Shown here piece after piece: positions 38,273 through 49,413 of a stretch of DNA of 64,000 nt. Numbering within the stretch: the stretch's first letter is position 1; each line of letters starts with the position of its first letter. The position numbers and the translations under genes are program-made. The DNA lies in the NCBI GenBank assembly GCA_002104905.1, contig MCFE01000098.1, forward strand, positions 62,001 through 126,000, written 5' to 3'. Origin of the DNA: Basidiobolus meristosporus CBS 931.73 (lineage: Eukaryota; Fungi; Basidiobolomycota). The notes under the pieces are model-generated. The model worked only from the letters and a program-made list of their open reading frames with translations. It was not told the origin of the DNA and ran no database searches.

Positions 38273-39151
38273 CCATGTAGAGATTTTTTAAGCTTGCAGA
38301 CCAAATGGGGGTTATCTTAGTAAACAAGCCCATCAGGCTGGTCCATATACATTTCCTCCTCAAGTCCTCCATTCAAAAAAGCAGCTTTGACATCCATTTG
38401 ATGTATAAAAAACTTATATTTGGCTGCATTAGCCAATATCAATCTGATGGAATTAAACTTGGCTACTGGTGCAAAGGTCTCAGTATAGTCAAGTCCTTTT
38501 GTTTGAGAGTATCTGTTGGCTACAAGTCTTGCTTTGTATCTTTCAATTGTACCATCAGCCTTGTATTTTGTCTTGAAGACCCATCTGCATCCAATTGATT
38601 TCAGGATGATTGGTAATTTGACCAAGTCCCAAGTTTGATTTTCCATTATGGCCTGATATTCCTTAGTCATTGCAGATCTCCAAAGCTTTGTCTGAGTGAT
38701 ATTTAGTGCCTCTTTTGCAATCTGTGGCTCAACAATATGGACTGCATAGGCATAGGCCAAGTTTGTACCCTCATTGATATGGTACTTTGGGCTATCTCTT
38801 GTCCAGTTGGATCTCCAGGCATTTGATACTGGAATGATAACATCTGGGACATTCCTGGTCTCTGATTCAGGCTGAACCACAGTTGTAGAGTCCTCTGGGT
38901 TGAAGAAGTCCTCACTGTTTTGCTCTGATTCAATTGTGACTATTGGTGGACTTGATATAAGATTTTTTTCATCATCTGATGACATTTTTTGTAAAAATTT
39001 TGAATTTTAATCCAATAAAACATCCCTGCTCTTGATTGGCTTCTTTGCTTGGGTATAGCAGAGTCTGTATGCTTTACTCTCATTGCAGTGGCCCAAAAAT
39101 ATGCATTTTACACTTTTTGGATTAAATTTTGACTGATTTCCAGGCAGTTTC

Positions 39152-40200
39152 TGTTGTCAAGATTTGTAATTCCACCATTGTATTCACCTAACTTAGTCAC
39201 TTAGATCATTACCTTCAAATCTTAGAGATAACTGACCAAATTCCTTGTTGGGATTTACTTAGAATGTTTTCACCAAGATACCAGGTACTCAGAACATGAA
39301 AATTTGCAAGGTGTTGTATCCAAGAGAAAGTGTAATAAAACTCTTGAATGTTTTAGCTGAACCAAAGGGACAATTAAGTGCAGAATCATAGAATTGTCAG
39401 AGAGTGGCGGAAATATTAGCAGAAAGATTCTGATCTAATATTGATCTTGGATATAGCTGGGTTGGCTATAAAGACAATGATATTTGATTGCTAGGCAGGC
39501 TAGACTTGGTGTTCTTTGGAGTGCTAGATATACTAGGCTTGAATAGAAACAAGAACTGAATTGTTGGATTCTTATTTTTGCTGAGGCAGAATCTTAATTT
39601 TGTTGAGACACACTAAACCAAAAGGTTCAGTAAACTTTATTTATACTTTTCTGATCAAGTTGAATTAGTAAGCACCAAGGGACTGGATTGATTGAAATTA
39701 ATTTGGGTGTTCATAGGTGCATAAGATAAATGAAAATTACATCATCAATCAACTGATGTCTTGGCAACTGCACAGTGGTTGGATAGATCTCAGATGACTA
39801 ATCACCTGGGAAGGCTTGGCAGATAGGTTGATAACGTAATGACCATTTGAAAATAGATCAGGTGTGATAGCTAAAAATAGATTCTGAGGTGGGATAAAAT
39901 AAACTGTAACTGGGATTTGTTATGTTTGGGTTAGGGAAAATCAGTTAGGGTACTAGACTTTCAAATGGAGTAAAATTGGCTAAGTTTTAAATGTTGATGC
40001 ACAACACAAGGTTGTCCAAACAGCCCCAAACTTTGCGCACATGTTCTTGGGACCTTTCTTAACCTATTCTATGTGCTTGTAATGCCAAGATCATGTAAAA
40101 GTATAAATATTACTTTTACATTCAATAAATCATTAAGTGAAAACCTCATAATCTACTTGTTCTCTCAATCACTTCCAATATCTCCAAGACTTGTACAACA
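39152..40200 (+). repeat. Solo Copia-C LTR in inverted orientation inside the Copia integrase, containing solo LTR H
   Basis: TSD GTTTC on both sides. The sequence is the reverse complement of the Copia C LTRs. Confidence 0.85.
39312..40006. repeat. Solo LTR, family H
   Basis: TGTTGTATCC...GCACAACA with perfect TSD CAAGG. Homologous to 7273-7932. Confidence 0.88.
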
Positions 40201-43139
40201 GTTTCTTAGCATATGCTGTACACCCAAATATTCTTAGATGTTCTGCACTTGGTCTGATTCTCCACCATTGTCAGAGCATATTTGCTTGATTTTCACCAGT
40301 TTGTCTCTCCACTATGGCTTTAATCTCCCTGAACTTAGACAGAGCTTCTTCCTTTCCCTCCATGAAGTAGACCCACGTGTATCTTGTATAATCATCAATA
40401 AAAGTGATCAAACACTTCATCCCACTTAAGGATAAGTTTTGCATAGGTCCACACAGATCTGAGTGAATTAGATCTAATCTTTTCCTAGTTTTGATTAAAC
40501 CAGAGCTCTTGAATGGTTGTCTGGCTTGCTTCCCATATATGCTGGCTTCACAGTGCTCCAAATTAGCTGGGGGATCAATTCCTATTCCAGAAATTAGCTG
40601 ATGTTTGATCATTTTGCACAAACAATCAAAATTGATGTGTCCAAATCTCCTGTGCCAAAGCATTGATGTTTCTTCATGTAAGTTACTTATATTGGCTTCC
40701 AGATATGATGGAATATAAGTCAACTTGTATAAATTTTGATCTCTGATGCCTGAAGCAATATGAGCACCATTTTCATCAGCAATCCTGCATCCAAAATTGT
40801 CAAAGCTGAAACTGAGTTCTTCTACTGTGCCCTTGCTTACAGATAGTGGGTTCTTGGCTATTTCTGGTACATAGAATACTTCTCTAAAGGTCAGTGTATG
40901 GCTTCCTTCACTGCTTCTAAGGTTTACTTGGAGGGTTCCTTCTCCCACTGTATCAAGTGTTCTATGGTCACCCACAAACACCTTCTTGATTAGAATTTCT
41001 TGATATTGGGTAAAAAGTACTTTTTGGTGCATGAAGCATTGAGATGCTCCAGAGTCAATATACCACATCTGAGAATCCTTGTTTGTGGTGATGTTTAGTG
41101 CATATAAAAAGTCTATCTTAAGTTGTTGCAGCATTTTCATATTCAGGCTTTTTCTGTTGATTATCTCTCTTTTGAGACACTGGTCTGATGTGCATCCTTT
41201 CCTTTTACAGTAGTTGCAAAACAGATTGCTTAGCTGTGCCTTTGTAGGGACTTGGGTACCTCCTTTATTGGTTATCATTGCTTATTAAAGCATTATCTTC
41301 TTCCTTCTTATTGGCACTTGATTTTCTGAATTCTTCATCCAGGAGCCTTCCATATACATAATTTAAGGCCAAATCTTAAGTTCTGGACTTCAGGGCTGAT
41401 ACAAGGCCCTGGAACCTGTCTGTCAGGCCAATCAGGATGGCTACTATCAGATCCTCATCCACCAGCAGGGTGATTCTGCTAGACTTTTCATTTCTTCTCC
41501 TGGGAGCATCTTTGTAGTAAAGAATCTTTGTCTAAGATATATTTTCTTAGCCGCAGAACATGACTGGTAGGTGTTTTCCAATGCCTTCCAGGCATTCTTT
41601 GCCATTTTTGCTCTTGAGCAGTGAATTTGCAACTTGTTTTTAGCATTGAGGCAAATGCAGTTAAAGGCACTTTATTCCTTCTTCTGATACTCTAATGCTT
41701 CCTCTCCCACATTTTCAGGAGGGTATTCTCCTCCCATGAAAACATCCTAAAAGCCCCTTTCTTGTAGCAGCATCTTCATCTTCACCATCCATGCTTGGTA
41801 GTTAGATCCATCCAACTTTGCAGCAGAGGGAAAAACTTCAGTAGTAGCAGTGGTAGACATTGCAGAGAGTGACATCCTGGGGCTCATAACCTGGTGAAAG
41901 AGTCTTGGAGATATTGGAAGTGATTGGGAGAACAAGTAGGCTATGGGGTTTTCACATAATGATTTATTGAATGTAAAAGTAGTATTTATACTTTTACATG
42001 GTTTTGGCATCACAAGCACATAGAATAGATTAAGAAAGGTTCTAAGAACATGTGTGCAAAGTTTGGGGCTGTTTGGACAGCTTTGAGAATTTTCATGTTC
42101 TGAGTACCTGGTATTTTGGTGAAAATATTCTAAGTAAATGCCAGCAAGGAATTTGGTCAGTATTCCCTGGGATTTGAAGGTAATGCTCTGAGTGACTAAG
42201 TTAGCTGAATATTTTGGTGAAATTACAAAGCTTTACAACAGTTTACCAAAGTATGCCAGGTTTCATGTGGTCATGAGCTGGTTTCTTTACCATTCAGTAC
42301 AGAAATCACCCAAGCAAGAGCCAGAATGCACCTATAAGGGGGACTAGAATCCAGTAGGGAGAAGGAATATATTGGTTGAATACTAAAATGTTCTTTGCAG
42401 ATATTCAGGAGGTATTCATGGCAATAGTAGTGGCAACAAAGCATATGTCTGCAAGATGTATATGTTACCATCAATACAAGGTATATAGCAACTTTGCAAG
42501 TATCACACTAAAAACTGTAAAATTGAGGTGATAGAAGTGTGCCAATTGTAGCAGGTGTGTGCTTATGTAAAGGTTAGTAAGAAGGAGGCCATGGTATTTT
42601 TTGATTCAAACCACATGTGGAATACCCAAGGTAGTAGTGGGTCAGCAAATAAAGAGGGGTGATTCTATAGTGGAAATATGAATGGTATAGGGGGAGGTAG
42701 AAAAAGGAAATACCATTTGGTAAATTGGCACAGTAGAATCATACAGACCTAGCTGTAGGCTGCCATACTGCCATTGAAACACCATCAGTGGCTGGCTATG
42801 AGGCTGTCTAAACACCATCAAATTTCTTGCCATATAAAGTAATTGGATATACTGGCCTGTTAAATCTGCTCAAATAGATTTTGAGCACATCAAGACCATC
42901 ACAATGCCATGCAACTCTTGTAGAAAGTCCACCAAAACCCCATCAAGTTTTTGACTCTATTCAGCAGTAAGTATAGCAAAACACCATTGTGATCCCTTCA
43001 TAAGATTGTGAAGAAGGTCATTAATTCCAAGCTGCTGGCATTATGATGATCTCTTGGCAGGATCCTGATGGCTGATCTAGATTGGATCCACCCACAGGAC
43101 CAAGTTATTTTTCATAGAGTAACTTGTCTACCACTGTCT

Positions 43140-43900
43140 CCACATCCTCCATTGTAGACAATGTGGAGATTCTATTGACAAATAAAGCAACAAGTTCAAG
43201 AGCACAAAAGACTATCACAATGCCTACAGTGGAAGCTTGGGACATTAATAGGCCCACCAAGAGGTTGTAGCACTTCTTCAAGAGCAGTGCTCAAGAAAAC
43301 ACACTTGAATATTGCAAGGATTTATTGAAAAGACAGGCAGATGAGGTGCTAGACCTTGCAGTGTGGGCTGAAAGCCATGATGTATGTGTACCAGTGAATG
43401 AACTATGGTATGAAGCTGTAAGGATCCTGCCAAAGTCATGGAGAAAGGGCATTACAGCAGATATACTTATTGAATAATTTATTTTAATGGAGTTACTTGC
43501 TGAGCATGGGGTTGGGCTTCTTGTTAGTGTTGGGCTTCTTGTTAGTGTTGGGTATAGGGACTTGTATAGGTCAGTACAATTAGCAATTGCAATATGCAGT
43601 ACTTTCAACTGAAATAAACAATTTTTATGCATTAAAAGTTAGAGCATTGGTTGAGTCAGGAAGTAAGGAGTGAGAAAAGAGGTAATAGCCAATCAATGTA
43701 CACATATGTAGAGGTGATTGAGTGTCCAGGAACTGAAAGTGAGAGAATTGGCAGAGAACCAATCAAATGCCACTTGTGTATTTTTGTGATGAAATATTTT
43801 CACCAAGTTTTTTGTCAAATCTAGGGTGAAACTTTTCTCTACAATCTTTGCATGGTGTCCTGATAGGATCAATACCTCTTAGTCAAGGGATTTTAATTTT
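43140..43900 (+). pseudogene. Family D ORF remnant
   Basis: Collinear with 4300-5090. Contains a small internal duplication GTTGGGCTTCTTGTTAGT. Confidence 0.45.
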
Positions 43901-45176
43901 GTGATGGCCTTTTGACAAAATCATTAAAATTATTTTTTCTAGGGGGTTGTCTAGCTTGTTTCCAATATATGCAGGCTTCACAATGCCCCAAATCAAATGG
44001 GTGATCATTTTTTACTCTGGCAAATAGCTGATTTTTGATCATCTTGTTCCAATAATCAATATTGCCATATCCAAATTACCTAGGCCAAAGTATTGGTGTT
44101 TTTTCTTGCATATTACTTATATGGGCTTTCAAATACAGTGGAAGATAAGTCAACTTGTAGTGATTCCAATCTGTGATACCAAAAGGAATATGGGCACCAT
44201 ATTGATCGGTGATCCAGCATCCAGAATTGACAAAACAGAACTGAGTCCTTCTGCTACAGCCTTGCTTACAGATAATTGGTCTTAGCTATTCTGGTACAGA
44301 GAGTACTACATTAAAGGTAATTGTGTGACTTCCTTCACTGCTTCTGAGGTTTACTTGGATAGTTATTTCTCCAACTGCATGCAGTGTTCTATTGTCACCC
44401 ATCAGAGCCTTCCTAATTTGAATTACTTCATATTGGGTAAAAAATTCTTTTTAGTGTGTAGAGTGTTGAGATGCTGCAGAGTCAGTATCCCAAAGTTAAG
44501 AATCCTTGTTGGTGGCTATTTTTGGTGCAGATATGAATAGTCTTTCCTCAGTAACTGTAGCATTTCCATACTCAGGCTTTTTGTGCTTATGGTCTCCCAT
44601 TTTGAGGCACCAATGTGATGTGTGTCCCTTCCTTTTCAATAGCTGCAAGAAACAATGTTGTTGCTCTTTAAGGGTCTTAGGTACCTCCTTTGTTGGTTAT
44701 TTTAGCTTAGTACAGCATTTTCTTCTTCCTTCTTATTGATGCTTGTTTTTCTTAACTCTGTGTCCAGGAGTCACTACAGTAATAGCAGTAGTAGACATTG
44801 CAGAGCATTACATATTAGGGCTCATAACTTGCTGTATGAGTCTTGGAGATGTTGGAGGTGATTTGGAGAACAATAAGATTATGTGGTTTTCACTTGATGA
44901 TTTATTGAGTGGAAAAGTAATATGATAGTATACATGATCTTGGCATAACACACATATAAAATATGCTTAGGAAGGTCTCAAGAACATGTATGCAAAGTTT
45001 GTGGCTGTTTGGGCCACTTTGAGAATTTTCATCTTCTGGGTGCCTGATGTTTTGGTGAAAATATTCCAAGTAAATCCTGACCAAGCAATCTGGTTGGTAT
45101 TCACTAAGATTTGTATGTTATGATTTAAGTGACTAATTAGGTGAATATTTAGGTGGAACTACAAATTTTTACACCA
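43900..45176 (-). mobile_element. Truncated Copia C 5' portion (LTR 44830-45176, PBS, deleted gag, PR and pre-integrase remnants)
   Basis: LTR similar to 41892-42240 and PBS-like AGTTATGAGCCC. The interior is homologous to 40560-41290 with deletions. Confidence 0.75.
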
Positions 45177-45199
45177 GTAAGGAGTATGAAAATGAGACA

Positions 45200-45990
45200 A
45201 TAGCCTGACAATGTACACCAACACAGGGGATGATTAAGTGACTGGGGGCAGAAAGTAAGAGAAATGGCTGGGAACTAATCGGTATCAACCTAGGGGCCAT
45301 TGTGATGAAAAATTCTGACTAGGTTTTTGTGACATCTGAGGTGGATTGTTTTCCAACAGTTTTTGCATGGTGTCCTAATGGCATAAATGCCTTTGAGTCA
45401 TGGAGTTCAAATCTTGTGACAGCCTTTCAGCAGGATCAGCACAGTTGTTTTTCATAGGGCACATGGTACAAATGTACAACCAAAATACAGCTGGTAGCCT
45501 ATGATCCAGAGACTCTCATGATACTGCCATATGTTAATAGTTATATGGCTTTCTTATCAGAAAATGCTGCTATGGCATGATGTCCAACTTGCTAGAAATC
45601 CACCACAACTGGGGAAAGACATTGGTCACATTCTGGATACATTCTTGTAATACCCCCATCCAGAGAAGCTCATGCAGTCTGGCACATATTGTGAAGCTAT
45701 CAAGTACTGCATTTAGCATCAATCAAGTGCAAACATTAGTGATATATTTGATGGCAAACATTGCAAACAACTAAGGATTAGGGACTGTTGAGATGAGGTA
45801 TTTTGACTGAGTTTTTTGTGGAATCTGAGGCACAACTTTTCTTGGGCAGTTTTTACAGTGTCCTGATAGCATCAACACTATTTGGCCACAGGATTTAAAC
45901 TTTGTGATGAGGGTTGGTTGTTGGTCACAGGTACTCTTTCTGGGTTTCATTAAAAGCTCAACCATGGACTTGAAATCCCTCTCAGTGGAC
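45200..45990 (+). mobile_element. Scrambled CACTA transposase (45480-45780) and family D fragments at the edge of the TE block
   Basis: 45480-45780 is the reverse complement of 7050-7270 (DIFDGKHCKQL). Flanking segments match the family D motif FAWCPxGIN. Confidence 0.55.
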
Positions 45991-46719
45991 ACCTTCCTAG
46001 TTACAGGTCATAACCTAACATTCATGTAGATCTACCCTACAACAGCTCCCCGCAAAGCAAGCGAACTCTCTGTAGGAAACCCCTCCCCAAACAAGCCCTA
46101 ATCCAATTTTGAAGAGTCAACTTACCACCATATTCCAGCCTCTACTTGTCTCATGCATTAACACGTCCCATCTTAAGCAAACACTACCAGGGCAGCAACA
46201 GCCCGGATTTATTCAAGCAATCCATCCTACGGGAAGATCATGTGATGGCCGGAAATGAACCCACGTATGTCCCGATTTCCCATTCTCCGACATGTCTGGC
46301 ATGTTGGGGCCCTACTGAAGATGCGGCTACCCGTGCAACAAACGAAGATCGAAACGGTATTGGAAGGGACGGGAACCTTGAGGTGTCAGAGGGAACCCAT
46401 TCGATCACGCCATCGCTCATCACCAGGTGGCAAATCAAGTGATCCGAACTCACACACCGTTGTAACTTGACCAATCTCGGGAAGAATCAGGCGATTGGCG
46501 AGAGGGATCCCCGTCGTAGCTACCATGATACCAAACCCGGTTGGTCCAGCCGATACCCAGTTACCTTGGGTATTTAAGTTAATAATAACCGCGATGCAGC
46601 GTAAAAATATCAGCACACGACCGACGACTCGCGTCACTCATTGGCGAGGGGTTATTATTATCCTCACTCGGTAGGGGAATATATATAAGGTGCGTGACAA
46701 CCTACGGACTTGGGTAACG

Positions 46720-47576
46720 ATGGGCCGCAAGAAGATCAAGGTAACCCAGCCGACCTGCCTTCCTTTGGTATCCTCGACGATCTGATCCTTACCTTCGTCC
46801 CCAGATAAAAACCATCGAGAACGATCGGCAAAAGACCGTCACCTTCACCCGTCGCCGAAGCGGTCTGATCAAGAAGGCCCACGAGCTGGCGGTGTTGTGC
46901 GACTGCAAGGTTGTCCTGCTCATGTTTGACGCCAGGGATGCATGTCATATGGTACATTCTCTTTATCTACACTGTCTTGTCTATCTCATCTCACCCCGTC
47001 CCATGCGTCCGAGTAGTATTCATCCGAGGACGACCCGGAGGAGCTGATCCACAAGTACTACCACAAGGAGTTCAACACCGTCGAAGGGAAGGTAAGCGTT
47101 TGCTTTGGTTCGTCCGGTACGGGAATGGGCTGATGACGCTTTTCCAGCGCAAGGGCAGCAAGGCCAGACCTGAGGACAGGGACGCTCGCTCCACTGTGGT
47201 GAACGAATACCGGATCACCACCAACGGGGAGGGGTCGGAGAACATCCAGGTGAAGCAAGTGAGGAATCTTCACAACCCCGGGTCGATCCTTCTACCCCTC
47301 GAGCAGCCCGTAGTCGGCTCTTCCCAGCCCTTCATGCCGTTGCCACCGGCCATCCCTACCCTCGAGGACTACTCTATCATCCCGGTGGAGCATGAGGACA
47401 ACTATCACCATACCGATCCCGGATACCTGAATCAATTCGGAGAAGCTAGGCCCTTGCTGGAGTATCCCGCCACGGAATCCGAACCATACGGAGAGATGAA
47501 ATACTTCTATCAAATCCCAACCACCAGGCCGTCGCTCTACGAAGCCAACAGCTACCAGTCCCATCCGCCGTTCTGA
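46720..47576 (+). CDS. MEF2-type MADS-box transcription factor, 4 exons (46720-46740, 46805-46951, 47017-47091, 47148-47576), ~223 aa
   Basis: Spliced N-terminus MGRKKIK|IKTIENDRQKTVTFTRRRSGLIKKAHELAVLCDCKVVLLMFD..|YSS. GT-AG introns of 56-65 nt. TATA-like ATATATAAG at ~46681. Confidence 0.9.
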
Positions 47577-47685
47577 CCGGGCCCTGTTGGTGTATATAAT
47601 TGCTGTATACCTTCTTATCACTACATACGCATCGCTCTCGAGATATCTACCTAATAAATTCCCCTTATCAACAACCAGGTGGGAC

Positions 47686-49076
47686 TTACAAGCCTCTGAT
47701 GAATCTCCCCAACTTCTCGGTTTCTTCCCGAGCGGCTGCCTTGCAGTGGTCGGGGGTGGTCGGCTCGGGATCCCCCGCTCGGAACTCGTGTGGACCCTCG
47801 TCTAGCTTGTGCAATTCGTAGGAGTTCGGAGGTTGCGCGTGGGATTCTTTGGCAGGCATGCGATAGAACGATGAGCCAGTGACCTCACATCGGTGGGACC
47901 CAAACATCTTCCACACCGCCCACTGCATAAACCGAGCGTGTGTCGAAGGGCAAAGCCCGGGGGAGTGGATCTTCAATGGGGTCGAGTCATCCTCCTCCAC
48001 GCAATACGTGACAATCAGTCTCTCACGGACGACCAACAAGGAGTTGTGGAGCGCGGGGTCCATCAGGAACGCCACTAAATTAAGGACACCTAGGAGAGGG
48101 TTCTCAGCAGGGGCACTCGGAAAACATTCACTCGCTTCTTACCTGGCAGATCGGTGCCAATGACCGACCAGTAGTTGATTTGAGGATTCATCGAGTGTTG
48201 GAACTGCAACCACAGCTCCATCAAGATGAAGCCACCCTGGGTGATGATCGGGATGAGGGTGTAGAGGGCGATCCTGGCGACCAAGCGGTTGATGGTCTTC
48301 TGGGTCTTTCTGCGGCGTGGTTCGGTCGTCTCGAGCCCGCTCAACGAGTAGTTCCTATCGATGTTGGAGATCCTGCGTAGCCTCATCTCCAGTTTGATGA
48401 TCACCAGGGTCACCACCACCAGACAGTAAATCGACCCGGCCACCACCCAAAACAAGAAAGAGCCCCATTCCCACACCTTCGTACGCGTGCTGGAGTACCT
48501 CTTCCACCAGCACACCCCGACATTGTCGTCCCAGCCTACCCTCCCTGCGGCCCAAGCGGGGACGGTCGTGGCAAACGCAAGCGATGTGGACACCAGAAAG
48601 TAGATGCGCTCAAGGCTCGGGTGGTATGGTTTCTCGTGCAGAAAGACGTATTGCAGGTTGAATGCGATCATGCAGGTCAGGAAGATGTAGTAGTTGGTGA
48701 GAAAGATGATGGCCCTAGGAGGGGGTTAGTTCGGGTGGCCGCGGGAACGAGTCGACTTCACAGAAACCTACCAGGCGGAAAAGTCGCACGCAGGCCCGCT
48801 CACCGCAACGAAGGTGAACAGAATGTAGACGATCGCCTTGAGCACGTCCACCGCGGATATGGCAGCAGTCAGGCGTAGGGAAACTCGATCCATGAGCTTC
48901 GGCTCGAAGGCTCGGATCGAGAAGTAAATGACGAGCACCAGGGAGCCGCATATTATGGACGCGGAGTTCAGAACGACATTGATGATGGTCACCGCGCGGT
49001 TTTCATGATCCCCCTTCAACACAAGGTCGTAGCCCGGGTCGAAATCCCAGGAATTCAGCGAGGTCGTTGTTACCAT
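47686..49076 (-). CDS. GPCR-like 7TM protein (Git3/cAMP-receptor-like), 3 exons (49076-48772, 48714-48143, 48089-47686), ~426 aa
   Basis: Hydrophobic segments plus family-like motifs: RVSLRLTAAISAVD, TM3 Cys in GPACDF, GWDDNVGVCWW, LYTLIPIITQ, GVLNLVAFLMDP. Exon lengths sum to an intact frame. Confidence 0.8.
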
Positions 49077-49413
49077 GAGGAGAGAGACGGTGCCGTAAAA
49101 AAACTGGCTATCCGGCCCCGGTCAGGTAGTTATACTCTCTTGCCATTCGGGTCACACATGGTTCAATTGGCTGGCAGTGATAGAATTTAATCTTCGTTCA
49201 CCTTGCAACCCCATCGGCCAGTCCCGGTTACACAAGAGGACATTGGTCCAGAACTAACGTATGGAGGCTATCTGATGGCGATTTCTCTAGGAAGGCTATT
49301 GAGTGGTGATTTCTGGTGTTACCCGAAATACCAGTCTTGATGACGATTCGTGTGGTAATTCGTGTGGTAACGATGGTTTATTATTATTATAACAAAACGG
49401 TGGCAATCTAGAA

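Larger units (their letters stand above)
34543..42240 (-). mobile_element. Ty1/Copia element C with LTRs at 41892-42240 (5') and 34543-34890 (3'), carrying nested insertions
   Basis: PBS GGTTATGAGCCCC (copia-type half-tRNA-iMet PBS). Gag KLDGSNYQAW, PR WYIDSGAS, LWHRRFGH, INT LIHSDLCGP, RT HQMDVKAAFLNG and YVDDL, RH TKHI. The flanks (GTAAC/GTTTA) do not form a clear TSD. Confidence 0.85.

Noticed and set aside
34538-42245. TSD for Copia C
   Set aside because: The flanks GTAAC and GTTTA do not match and the host sequence is not continuous, so the two LTRs may derive from different insertions.
42241-43139. Short ORFs suggesting a helicase or Helitron
   Set aside because: No motifs recognised. 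CpG-depleted, with only patchy similarity to family D upstream sequence.
46146-46637. ORFs of 71-98 aa upstream of the MADS gene, and a possible tRNA-like TTCGAT
   Set aside because: No domain similarity, overlapping on both strands, and no cloverleaf could be built. Treated as promoter or intergenic DNA.
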